From: Tubiluchus corallicola
Lineage: Eukaryota > Animalia > Priapulida
Assembly (NCBI GenBank): GCA_030141605.1
Contig: JAQGDQ010000110.1
Span: 124,001-188,000, forward strand
Length of the DNA: 64,000 nt
Reading direction: 5' to 3'
In this document: positions 1-13,300 of the stretch, piece by piece
Layout of the letters: each line of letters begins with the position of its first letter
Position numbering within the stretch: position 1 is the stretch's first letter
The notes under the pieces: generated by a model
The model's database searches: none
Told to the model about the DNA's origin: nothing
Seen by the model: the letters and a program-made list of their open reading frames with translations, nothing else
Translations under genes and position numbers: made by a program

Positions 1-2
1 CA

Positions 3-3000
3 GATTCTAGGCGACTTTCACATGAAGGTGAACAAGAACCTCCCAACAACAGCAAAAGTGGGAGTGATAATGCATCTGAATTATCTGAAATTTCAGAAAC
101 AGAAAATGACCAAGATATTCTTGCTGAGTGTATCAATTCTGCTATGCCATGGGACAAGTCAAAAGCAAAAAAGAATCTCAAGAATATTGTAGGAGGTGAA
201 ATGACTGACAGTAATGTTCTAGCAAGGGAAACAACTGCTGGGGCAAAACAGGGTTTTCATGCAAGTGAAGTTCCAAATTTTGATGGTTCTTCAAAGAAAA
301 CATTTAATCATGTTCAAAAACGCGTAAATTTTTCCACGTTTGATAATACGGATGACATGCTGAAGACATTTAATGTTGAGGGTACTCCACTGAATTTTTC
401 CACAGCTGCTTCATCATTGAGTGATTTAAGTGTTCCATCGTGTGACAGAATGGACGGTGATGGGGAATTTCAAGAGTCGCGATCCAGACATAAGAGCGAC
501 GAAAACAATCAGCTGATCAGTGAAGACCAATCAGAGACAAGTTCCATGTGCGACGAGGGAGACTACATTCTGGAGGATTTAATTCAAGAAGCAATGCCAA
601 AAGGAAAGTCAAAGAAACACCCGTCTGGTGCAGGGATCGTAAAGAAATCACCGGATACTGCTACCTTAGCAGCTCCATATAATGCAGCAATATCAGCTGT
701 AAGTGTCGAACTACCAACAGATACAGTTACTAGTTTTGCCATTGAAGGCACGCCTGCTTTACTCAGTGGAGCCACTTCACTAAGTGATCTGACTCTTGAC
801 TCCAACGATGTTTACAAATCAAATGCTAATTCAGATTTGTCTAAACACGAGAACAAATTGCACAATGAGAATACTTCCTCATCACATCTCACTCAAATTG
901 TTTCCGTTAAGCAAACATTCCCATCACAACCCAACCCGGATTCCGTGCGAAATTTTGCAGTAGAAGATACCCCAGTTGTATTTTCTCGATCTCATTCGCC
1001 TTTGAGTTGCATTACTATTAACGATGAGTCGAATTTTGAAACATGTTTTCCACATGTTCAGGCTGACAATTCATTGCAGTCTAGAACTTCACCTGATAGG
1101 CTTGGTGCCGTAGAAGTCGGCAAGATGGTTAATATTGATGATAGGGCAGTAAGTTTCTCAAGAAACAGTTCGCTAAGTTCATTAAGTATTGAGTCTATAG
1201 GTGCCGAACCAAGTGCTTCGGAACAAGCACTGCTTGACGAATGTATAAATGCAGCCTTGCCAAAGAGTAAAAGTGAGAGATGTCAAGCCTTTCAAGATAG
1301 AAAAAAGTTGAAAGGAAAGTGGAAGATTGAGAAGAAACTATCAGAGGAAAAAGAAGATGAAGTTGTCACATGCGTAGGTTATGAAAAAGTTGAGAGAGAT
1401 CTGAATGAGACTGAGAAAAAGACAGTAGACATCAGTGATGGAGAGGAAAGCGGAAAACAAAATGAAGAAACTGATGGCTCTGAGTCTACAAAAGAAACAG
1501 CAAGCGTTAATTCTGACTTGTCAAAATTTTCTGATGCTGATCTAAGTAAAATTGACTCGGATGCTGACATTGGTCCATTTGAAGAAATTGGGATTATACC
1601 AGACATGGCTATATCTGCTATAATGGATGAACCACAGCCGATGTTAGCGAGTGGTGTCTACAGCGAAGACATGTCTTGTAATTTTGAACAAAAGTGTTCA
1701 CTGCAGGAAGCCAATGACAGCAACGTAACTCCAACTAAATGCGTCCCGAAATTAAAAAATGGCCAGGAAATGGACTGTGTTGCCGAAGGCGAGCTCTCAG
1801 TTGATTCTGGTGCGGCTGGCAAAAGCGACATGGTTCGTTCTCACAATGACGAAATCAATCAAGTCATTGTGGAAAGCGGCAGAATTGCAAGTCAGTTAGG
1901 AAGCAGCTTGAGCAATGAGAATAACGATGCTGATGAAACTTTTCAAGCAACTGGCGATCTGGACATTACCTTGGAAGCAAACATCGTGTTGACTCATTTA
2001 CACGAAAGCAAACAAGAGTGCACTAGCAGCATGACTGATGATATTGGCTGCTTGGAAGATGAAACACTATCATTAGTTTCAACTGATTGCTTGTCAGAGT
2101 GTAGCGAGGTATCGTTTCCGGATTCAGAGCCTTGTTCTGAGTCTTCCTTTGGACGACCACCAAAGCTTCGTCCACGAATAACTAAACCAACTGTTGTTGT
2201 CGAAAGTAAAGTGCCCACTGAAGAACAAGTGAAGAGCATTAGAGGCAGAAGAAAGCCTTTGTACAGTGTCAAACGACCAGTAGGAAAAGACCCTCCACCT
2301 CCTGGCGCATCCATTAGGGGAGGTTCACAAATCAAACATGTCACCAAACCTAGACCTGCAAAGCAAGAACCACAACATGCAACAAAAACCGAAACCGGAC
2401 ACGTGCAGTTTCGACAAAAGCAAGTAGATGGTAGAACAGTAAAGAGAATTAGTACTGGTGATCTGAAACGACGGAGTAACGGAGAAAAGCCAAAGCCAAT
2501 CATAAAACAGGGTACTTTTACAAAAGATAAGCCAACGATCAACGCTCCACAAATTTCACCAACTGGACCACCTAGAAATTCAGAATGTAGTGATGTAACT
2601 ATGGGCAAAAGTCAAGTTAGGTTTGTATTGTTTTTTTACAAAATATGTAATGTAAATTTCTGATTTTTTATTTGCTTGTGCATTCATGTATTAATATATT
2701 ATGTTAATATGTTGTTTCAATATCCTAGCAGTATGTAATAGTGCCGTGATAACATAACTCAAAGTGTTCAGTAAAATTTTAAAATTTCTTATGCTTTCTA
2801 AACAATGGTGAAAAATCATTAAACACTTACGTTGCAGTAGATAACAACGATGTGAGAAGGTGATTAAATATATATGCGGTTTAGTTTGTGTTGATTTTAT
2901 AATGATTATAAGTTGATTTTCCTGTTTTAATTTTAAAGTTTATTGTTAGTCAATGTTTTACAAATGGCAGATGTTTACTTATCATTGCTTTATGGTGTTT

Positions 3001-4290
3001 TTCAGGCAAAGGCCTAGTTGTGGAAATTTGGCTGGAGAAAAGCCCTATCCATCGGCCAGTTGGTCAAAAACACTTACTGATCTTAATTTTCAAGTGGACT
3101 CACCGAAGGACAACGATGCAAGTGGTACTAACAAGCAATCGTCTCGGACTCCGCCTCGCACACCACCTCGTACACATTTGCCGAAAAATGGAGCTGGGTC
3201 TGTAAACAGTGGTGCTAAATCAACAATGAGGACTTCGACCAGTTCACAGAGTCTGAAGCGAGCAGATAGCGGCAGTTTTAGGAGTGCTATGGGCAACCAA
3301 AGTCTGAAAAAAGCCGGTAGTGTACCAACTAAACTCGGCAAAACTGGCAGTAATTTGAGTCTTAACAAAGATTCACAGTCAACGTCAAATCCAAGGCGCG
3401 ATCCTAGCAGCAGCCCACCAAGTACTGCTCGCAGTGTGCACAGCTCTCGGACGGCCAGTCCCAGTCGTGATGCTAGTAATAGTCCTCCGAGCAGTATCCG
3501 TGGTAAACCGGTCATTTCTTCAAGAACTGGTAAGCCTGTTGTTAGTAGAATATCAAGTCTGTGGAAGAAAAGTGGTGCAAGCAAACAGAAGCAAGTCGCG
3601 ATAAAAAACAGTGGCGCTAAAGCGCCATCCGACGGGATAAGCCGCAGCACCACATATGAAAAAATACCCAGTGAAAGCAAAATATTACCTAAGCACGTTG
3701 ATTCCAATAATATGGCAGCTGATAAGTGTGTGGATGATGCACAACATTTAAAGAATAAAAGCTTTAGTGACATTGCAGGTGCTGCATTGATATCACATGA
3801 TTGTGCTGCTGGTGATGTTCCTATACACCTGAAATCAGGCAGTGAGCATCAATTAAAGCAGGATGGCAGTTTTTCTGCCTCACAGTTACCTCAGCCTCAC
3901 TCCAAGCATCAGCCCCCTGGAGCTTCACGGTTGCCGACTAGTGAATCACTAAAGTCTCGTCAAAAATCCCAACCAAATCTTCGGACAGGAAACTCATCAG
4001 CTGTCAAGCCGCCAAATACGAAATGTGCCAGTGTGGACACGCTTGCGGATAAGGCAGTTACTGTAGAAGTTGCACAGGAGGGCAAAGAGACCAAAGTCAA
4101 GTCTGCCATTGTGCCTCCTTTCAATTATTATCCATACCCGAAGTCACAGGTACAAAACACGCAACTTCCTCAACCTGACAAGCCTCGTCGACCAAACTCC
4201 TATGTTAGCAGTATGGAAAACAACGGCTGTGACAACAATGCTGATTCAAGTGATAACTCTGCGAGAGGATACTTGGTCACAACAGTATGA
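3..4290 (+). CDS. APC: Adenomatous polyposis coli protein, 3' part (5'-partial; exons <3-2620 and 3006-4290)
   Basis: Frame is open from position 3. SAMP-type repeats DILAECINSAMP, ILEDLIQEAMP, LLDECINAALP; 20-aa beta-catenin-binding repeats FNVEGTPLNFSTAASSLSDL, FAIEGTPALLSGATSLSDL, FAVEDTPVVFSRSHSPLS; SFSRNSSLSSLS; Ser/basic-rich tail, PPFNYYP and C-terminal YLVTTV (human APC ends YLVTSV). Phase-2 intron GTTTGT 2621 to TTCAG 3005 joins the two ORFs in frame. Confidence 0.93.
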
Positions 4291-5793
4291 ATAACACTAG
4301 GTTTATATTTCTAATTATTCATATAAACTATTATAGGTTTCAATATGATGATACAGTGATTTAACCAGTCAGCATAAACAAAAAATAATCTAACCTAGTT
4401 TTTCGATAAAATGAAGTAATGACGAAGAGATTACAAAAAGTAGTATTCTTTGAAGTTTTGGCTTCTAGCATAAAAACAACGATACAAACAGGTGATTTAA
4501 ATTTAAATTGCAGGAGGTGTAGATTGTATTAAAATGTCTAGTCATTCATGAGTATGTAATCTATCACGTGTTTGTGAATATCAAATTAATGGCTGTTCCA
4601 TTGAAATAATTGAAAAGCAGAATTATATGTTTGACTTCAAACTTGATTATGTTCTTGTGAAAATTCACTGTGTAGAAGTATCTAATTCTTTATGTATGAC
4701 TTTGTTAATCTGTTTTATTATTGGCTTTGTTGTCGTAGCCAGCAGAATTAGGTGGGACTTGCTTTTGTAGTTCAACAGCTGATAATGACACGTCTTCCCT
4801 CGCAGTTCGTGCAGTGTTGTCATTTCGATTTGATGAATGAGTTAGACAGTAGCGTATGTTAGTTAATAATAGTTTCTGTAGATGACAGCACAAGTCTTGT
4901 AAACTTTTCGGATAGTAAAATGTAATCATTAATTTTGATAATAAGTACTGGAAAAATGATCGATACCTGGAGGTTTTCAGCAAGTTTTCACAGCTTTATG
5001 CTTCTTTTTAGCTAAATTATAGCGTCACAATTTTTACTTCACAAGCATTACATTTTACAATCATGCCCATTTTTTAAGGCTGTGTAAGGTTTTTGGAACA
5101 TTTCTTATCTACTTAAAAGGTGCAAAATGGAGTAGCCTGCTATACAAAAGAAAAGTTAGTTTATTGTTGTAAGTGTTAATTTCTACTGTAGATGCTGAAA
5201 GAAGCATGATAAACTTGAGTCTTTGCCAAGTAATTAAGCCTTATTTTAGTTGTGTGAATGTGTTGAATTGGTTGTTGTATTACAGAGAGCTAACGCCATC
5301 TTTTTGATTTTTGATTATATTGCAATCGTGTACACATACCGGAAACGAATATAATTTTCTACTTCTATAATAATCATCTTTGTGGAATTATGATAATAGT
5401 TTATGGCTTTGTAAATAAGATTGTAAGTGCACTGTATGTGAATAGTTTGTAGTATTTATTTATTTACTATTAATTAATAGTCTTTGTTTATTATTTGTTG
5501 TAACACTTTTAACCACAGAGACATTAATTAATAATCAGTTTTTTAGTCTCTTGGTAGACTTACGTGTTAATTTGTTCTTCAGTTTTGTGAAATTTTGTCT
5601 TGTTTCTGATGTTTGGCTCTTAAAGTGCCATTTCTATGTATTTTGTAATTTATAGGTATTTCGTTTGTTTGTATAGTATTTAATTTTGTAAAGATTTATT
5701 ACAGCACTGAGTGTACGAAAATGTAAACTAATTTGCAAAAATTCAACACATAACACAGATTATTGTCCTTTATTTGTAGAGAATTTTGTTTGA

Positions 5794-5927
5794 ATTTGCT
5801 AGTAATTTATATTGTTTGTTTAAATTCTAATGCGTCCTCGGATTTGCTAGTAATTTATATTGTTTGTTTAAATTCTAATGCGTCCTCGAATTTGCTAGTA
5901 ATTTATATTGTTTGTTTAAATTCTAAT
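5794..5927. repeat. 48-bp tandem repeat, about 2.8 copies, downstream of the APC stop codon
   Basis: Unit ATTTGCTAGTAATTTATATTGTTTGTTTAAATTCTAATGCGTCCTCG(G/A) starts at 5794, 5842 and 5890. Confidence 0.9.
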
Positions 5928-7123
5928 ACTCGTAAATCATGTTTTTGTCGTCTGCTGCTAACAAAATTACTGTTCTTTTTCTAACAATGACATGTAGTGA
6001 TGAAAGTGTTAAAGCAAGAATGTGAAATTTAGTAATCGATTCCATGATATTATTGATTTGATTTTTGTGTAAGTAATAAAAATTAATCATGTGCAATTTA
6101 CTATTTTTCTTAAACAATGGTTTTTATTGTGGGAGGGACACAGTGGTTACAGATAAGGGTTTTATTTTTCAGTTTAGTGCACTGAAAAGCTGGAATCCAG
6201 TACTCAACGGTAAGTCCTAATACTGATGTTGTGGCAGAACCGGAATACAGCTAGCTAATTACAAAATGAGTCACTGAACCAGCAAAGATTTTCTAGCCAC
6301 TTTTCGATGTACGTACAGTCATATGTGTATACTTTCATATTCATATAAAGAGTGCATTTTATAACACACCACACGCAGTTACCGAGGGCAGTTTCGATAT
6401 GCAAATACCTGCAATTAATAATGATAACGTCGTAGAAACAAGGTTAATGTTTCTAGTACATCACAAGTAATTGTTTGATCTGCTCATTACATAAACAACT
6501 ATAAATTCACAATAGAGACAGGCGGGACAGAACTATCAGCCCAGGGCGTCGTAAAGTCTTGATACCCCACCCCCCCCTCCCCGATAAATACAGTCCTTTA
6601 CGTGTCACAGATATAGCTGTTACAGACATTTGTGGAATTTACCTATATCAATAACCAGTCGCCAAATTTTGCTAGTCTGAATAAGTTAATACTGAAAACA
6701 CTAATGACTAAACCACCAGATGAGTTTGTAATGCAATGGCAGATAATGTGTGATCAATGGCAATTTAGTTGTGTAAATATCTGCACCTCAATGGAGATTG
6801 TGCGTAACTACAGGTCAGTCAAGAACCTTACAGCTGTTATAAATCATTTATAAGCAAATGTGAATTCTGGTAACGTCAAGTATTACGTAGTTTATTACAC
6901 ATAATATTATCTGTATAATTAATTATTTAATAATAATAATTAAATAACCCACAAATGCAAAGCACGCCCTTTTGAGTCTTTTTTGCGAAAATCGTGTGTC
7001 CAGTCTTGTGGCGAATGAAGCGAATATCATCAAGTTTTTGTCAGCACCAGTCCTGTACTAGTATTTGTATTTGTTTAATGCGTTCGTTGTACTTGCAAGT
7101 TCCTGCTCTGTGCAAGTCCTGAT

Positions 7124-8613
7124 ATGGGTTTAATATTACAGTTAATTCAAACCCAAACGATGGATCAATACTGGCTATTGTTCTTCTTGATGTGCATTCT
7201 ATCAGTGTATTTTGCTTTTGCCATTTTTGGCGTAGTCTTTCCTGACATCAAACTCTCTGGCAATGTAAATAACACAAGCCAAAAAAAGAAAGACCTACTG
7301 TTGTTTGTAGGCATCATCAGCGCGCCAATACGCAGAAACAGACGCGACATGATACGTTCTACCTGGATGGAATGGTGCCGCACTCTTGATGACGTCACTT
7401 GCCTCTTCTTCACGGATGGACAAGACATGTTTGGCGAGAATCTGCAGGAGCCGTTAACTGCACCTCTTATTGATGAAGCCAAGTTACATGGTGACACTGT
7501 GTTAGCCGAAACCCCGGGTGCCATGAATTTTGGCAGGCGATTAACCTGGGTCATGAACTGGGCCTCAGAAAGATACAATTTTAAATATTTTCTACGCTTA
7601 GATGACGACACCTTCCTGTGTTTGAAGAAACTGAGGCTTGAACTTCAAGACGTTAAGCATGAGAGGATAAACTGGGGTTGGAGGCATTGCAGGAAACACC
7701 GTAAGCTCTTTGGTTTCTCATAAAAGTTTTAGGTAAGCGTGTGTAGGAAGTTTGTAGACAACAGGCTAAGGTGCATCTAACGGACACATTAGCAAATGTT
7801 GACGATTTGGTGCCGAATCAGGTGTTTTCAAATGTTCGTTAATAATTATAAGGACAACTGTAGCGTTGGATTGCAGGCGTGGATGTAGCATTGATTTATT
7901 TAATGACTTACTTATGACAGTTGAATATAATTGTAGAACAAACTATGTATAATATTATGTATTTATAACAAGTGTCAATGTAATATTGATATAACTTAGT
8001 TCAAGTTAATTGTAAAACAACTTGTAATATTTCCAAGCTAGTTCGTTGTTATCTCAGTGCACGATGATTGATTAGTAAACCATTCTCATTCAGTGAGTAC
8101 GTCAGAATATTTATGCTAAATCAGCTAAATTTACGTATTTTGATTCCAGACTTCAGGCGTATGGACGAGTTCTTTTTTCTAGTATCAGCTGACCTTGTGG
8201 ATGCTATTCTCCTTCAGTTGCACTCCAAGACCCTCCTGTGCGACCAATTTGGCGACATATCAGCTGCAATGTGGCTGGATTCTATAGAGAATGTCACTTA
8301 TTATGACGACAACAAAAGAGTTTTAATGAAACTTACCAATACTTCGCAAAAGCATTACAATGCAAAGCTGTGTGATCATATTCTAGTTGTACATAATGTT
8401 TACCCCATAACTGTGGATAAACTGTGGCACATGGTTCGAGAAAAGAGTCTGCACTCATCAACTAAATCATCAAGAAGAATTTTAGCTCAACGTTGTTTTC
8501 TGCCCACACCCAACTACTCGCGACGCAATCTGAAATACTGTCATAATGAGAGCTTCATCACACGCAGGACAATGTGGACGGGAGGCAATGGACTAGTTGA
8601 TGCTTTCACGTGA
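7124..8613 (+). CDS. GT31-family beta-1,3-glycosyltransferase (galactosyltransferase-like); exons 7124(or 7160)-7700 and 8150-8613
   Basis: N-terminal type II membrane anchor, LFVGIISAP..RRDMIRSTW motif, DxD motif FLRLDDDTF. Phase-1 intron GTAAGC 7701 to TTCCAG 8149 joins the two ORFs in frame. Confidence 0.8.
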
Positions 8614-10354
8614 TATTGATTAACAGAATGCGGACAGCCACTGCTATGCAGTCGAACTCATGTTTCTCTTAAGCTTGCACTTTAACGTCCAACAAACTTT
8701 GTGAAAGCTGACAAAACTCTACAGCGACTGGGAAGAAGGAACCCATTCTCTCCTACAACTGAGTCTAGAGAAGGATACACGCTGATTGCTTATTATGAAA
8801 AGGTGTAACTATGTAAATCTTCAAGATAACACACGCCAATTCATTACATTTAAAATTATTATGTCAGTCATTATAATCCTCTTTGTAGGAGATAATTGTG
8901 TAGCCAATAAGGCAGATGGACCGGTCAGACATGACGCTGTTTTAATTCTGTTGCTAAGGACTGAGTATGACCGTATTTTCACTATTCTCTTAACTTCATT
9001 AAATTGTAACATAATGAGAAAACCCTCCCACCATTTTAGCGGAAAATTGTAATTGCTGTTTGTGAGTGTGTTGTTTCTGCTGATACGTAATATTTCAGAA
9101 CTTCATATATAAGGTAAATCTGGTTTATTACAAGCTGGCAATAATGATCTTTAGCATAACCTTTACGCCTTCTTACACTGTTGTATTAACTCGGCTATGT
9201 TTCTAGGTATTTCATAGAGTTTCTACTGTGTAAATGGATCCAAATTAGATGATCCAAAGTAGTTAAATACACTGTAAAATGAAAACTGACGTAACCAATC
9301 AGTTGCGTAATCAATTAAGATGAAATAAATTAGTAAAGCAGGACACATTCGTGTTCACGTTATTTTAGTGTATTGTAATGTGGGCGCTGTAGTTATCCAT
9401 CGTACAACAATTACCTGTTTTTGCAAGTGTAATTATTGTGTTACGTGCCAGGCTAAATTTGCAAGTTAAGTTTTCTGGCAAAATAATTTACTTATGTCAG
9501 TATTAATTATTAAAGCAAACCATATTTGTGCCACTACTTCGCGCTCATTGGTCATCTCTGAAAATACTTACTGAGATGCTGATTGGCTGAGACAGCATGT
9601 ATGTACACTTGGCTTTCGAAAGGCAAGAAAATCACTTACCAACTATAATTGTTGGTTCTGTTCATAATTTGACCAACTACATATACGTTAATATTTTCCT
9701 GTAGTAGAACACCCGTATGTAACTTTGCATTTTAGCCTGTGCATTGACAAATTATCTGGTATGAATTTTTTCATTTTTATAATACAGCAAAGTATGTCTT
9801 CAGTTGTTCATTTTTATTAGTATGAATAAATATTCAAGTTAAATTGTCACAGCAGGCACTGAGTGGTAATATATTATATACATTCTTACAAGTAATACCG
9901 TACAATGCAATAATCAGTGCAGTATGCTGAAAGTTTGCGTCATAGATGCTGCCCATATGTATGTAGCGAATGAAACAGGGCTCTGTTTGTACTACTATAA
10001 TAGTACGGCTAAGTCATAGTAGATGGTACCTGTTTTATAATTGTGAGATAACAAATCATTCATCTTTCGACAGTGTTTGTGCATATGGCTAGCCTCCTAG
10101 TCATTACCTGTACAATATGTACTGATCTCTCCAATGTAATTTGTACATGTGAGCGCTGTTGAACTTGCAAGATTCAACACTTACAGCATTTAGGTGCGAT
10201 AGCCCGGTCAATAGCATGATAGTGGCATGACGCCAGTAGTCTTTTATCGATTAGTTATGCCTTGAGGAAGAAGCATGTCAGCTTGCTGGTTGCTAATTTG
10301 GTTATAGTGAAAAATTTTAATGTTACCAAACAAATTAATTTACCGTTAAAAAAA

Positions 10355-13300
10355 ATGGGCAGTGGGTTTAATGAAAATAGCAGTTCTGACAGTGAAAGTG
10401 CCCGTGTGGTTAGTGAATCGGAAGACATGGATACTGACGAAGAGATTGAACAACTAGCAGCTGGAGCTGCATGGTTTTTCAAAACACGTGTTTGTGGGGA
10501 AAAATGTAAGAAAAGTACGATTCCTTTAAAGGGTAGTGTAACGAATAAAACAGACAAATGCCAAAAATACTTAGGCTGTGCAAGTCGAAATACTGCTTGT
10601 GATAAATCGAATACTTGTGACAATATTGAAAGACCTAAAGGAGACATGCTGTTTACAATTGATGTTGCTGGAAATGGAAAGAACGGTGTATGTGTAAGCA
10701 CGAAGCCTACATACGTTTTACACGAGACCGAGGAGGGAAAATCAGAGTATGCTGAGGATAGCACAAAAAGTGACAAGGGAAAAGACAATGACAAATTCAT
10801 CTTCACAGGCAGTGCTAAATCAAAAGAGTATGTTTTTGTTAAATTTAAATATGTGACTTCTCATAGATTTAATATTAATTATGAATTTGAATATGTTAAA
10901 GCATTAATTATTTCAATTTAGTTAGTTTATCAATTATTTATAATCTTAGTGTCAAGATTAACATAGATTATCATTAAGATTAAATGATAAGATGTCAAAT
11001 TCATCATTATTATCTTCATATCTTGTACCATCATTAATTAGCTTATGCTACTTTCTGGTGATTTCAGCCTTTGTTGCTATAATTACCAACTTAGAGAAAT
11101 AAGATATTGCATTCTTGTTTTACAAAAAGACATCGACTCCCGCATGTAAACATTTTTGGGCTCTGACGGTGCTATTAATTTTATCCAGGTTCATAAAATT
11201 AAACTCTGTAGACTGGGTTTTTGAAATGTTGGAGGCTTTTAGTTTGGCCAGCACAATGTGATTCATAATATGAGATTGATTAATTTATTATTTGACTTTT
11301 CTAGAGGATTTTTTTCAACTTTGTGAAGCCGAAATAGGGGTAAAGGTGAAAAATGCATTATTTTTACCAGTTTTAAATTTGTGTTTTTAAAAATGGAAAA
11401 CACAAATATTAGTTATAATCAATACACTGGATGAGCAACAGATGGTGGTTTCATGCTGCCAGTCCTGTCTTTGTTTGCCTGTTTACAGTTCCCAGTAAAC
11501 CACTGGACTTCTTTTTTTAATAGCAAGCCAGTAGAAGTGACTTCTGGCATTTGCCTCTTTCAGTTATTAACAGGCTTGTGATGCTGTTTCGTTGTAACAA
11601 ATAAATGCTAAAGCTGTTGTTTGATAAATATGTTTAGCGTTTATTATCAACAGTTTAAACTAGTTTTTTTATAAAGCCTGCAAACATTATTCGGTTGTAT
11701 TGTGATGTGTATCATATCATGAGGTTATTATTGTGATATGTATCGCATCATGTATCTATATGTATCGTTACAGCTCTAGTTTTTATGTGACGTGCTCTTT
11801 TGGGTAAAAACAATTCCAGATCAATACATTATCATTAAACAGTTGAAATTCAGTATTTTAATGAAATAGAATGCAAAAGACGGAAAATTGGAAATTTTTT
11901 TATTTATATTTAAATCATCATCAGTGAAAAAATGACAAACAGAGGAATCAAATTAAATTTTCCATCTTTTGCATTTAAAGTAAGTACACACTTAATATCG
12001 CCCTGCTTAGCAACATTTCAGTTTAACAATGTTAATTTTTACCCCTCTTTTCACTTAATGTCACACGTTTCATTTAGTTGACAGTTTCTTAGCCTTTAAG
12101 CACTAAATCTTGTTTACCGAAGAAGAAATAAAGGAGAAAGGAAAAGGTCAAAAACGGGTGAATGAGAGCAATCAGAAGAGAAAGGGCCTATGTTTCAAAT
12201 TTAGATTTTAGCTTTCACATTGTCATCACTCATTAACGTTTCAATTAAACAGTTACGTAATGCAGAACAGTAGACAGCCAAGCACTACTAATTTTTACTT
12301 CTGGAGCACAACTAAATGCTTTTACATTCATTGTTTCATTTACTGGCGTTTTGCGTAACGATGCGTTTTGTTGGAATCTATTAGCGTTGCTAAGCGAGGA
12401 CTCACTGTATTTCATTAGTCACACTGAATTGCAGTTGTTTAACCATTCACTGCTAGTATGACGAGAATTTCCAGTCATGAAAATGCTATTCCGACTGGCC
12501 TGTATGACGAGACTCTACCGTCATGCTTAATATGCAAATTAACTGCCACCTACGCCAGTACCAGTAATACTTACACATGCCACATGCAAATGAGGAATCT
12601 GGCTTTGAAAGCGAAAGGTGTTGGTGTCCTCTGTTGTCTGCAAAACATTCATGGCCAAAAAACGTACAAAATGCACAAAAAAGATTGCTGTTATTGCTGA
12701 ACTGTCATCTGTACATTGTCACTGCTGCATAGTTTTTACTGTATCTTTGTCAATTTTTTATTGTCTTCAAATGGCCCAGAAAAGATATAGTGTGGAGCAA
12801 ATTAGGGACTACTTTGCAAAATTTGGGATTGAGTCATCAGATAATGGGAGGTGAAGCCAATCCATGCATGTAATTAGATATGACTATTTCAAAATTGTAT
12901 GGTTGATGAATTATGTGCAACCAAGGTAAAAATTACAGCATTAGACCAGCCTTTATTTCTTCTACACACTAGAATGGCTATTGTGTGAATGTTTGCGTGA
13001 TATGTGCATGTAAACACATCCATATAAATTATGCAATATTTGCTTGTGTATGTATGCTTGAATGTGCAATGCTTTTTTTTATAATCACAGAGTACCAATT
13101 CAAGTGTAGATTATGATGATCATGATGATGATGGTGAAGGCAGTGATGGTGGTGTACCTGTGATGCTAGGACCTAGTGTTGATAATGGTGATGAAGGCAA
13201 TGGTAATGGTACCTATGAGTACAGACAGCGAAACTGATGAAAATATAGCCGATGATGATAATGATAATGCGAGGAGGAAACAAGATACGACACATCGGGA

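Noticed and set aside
584-3773. Minus-strand ORFs of 73-227 aa over APC
   Set aside because: Antisense shadows of a long Ser-rich exon; no recognisable motifs.
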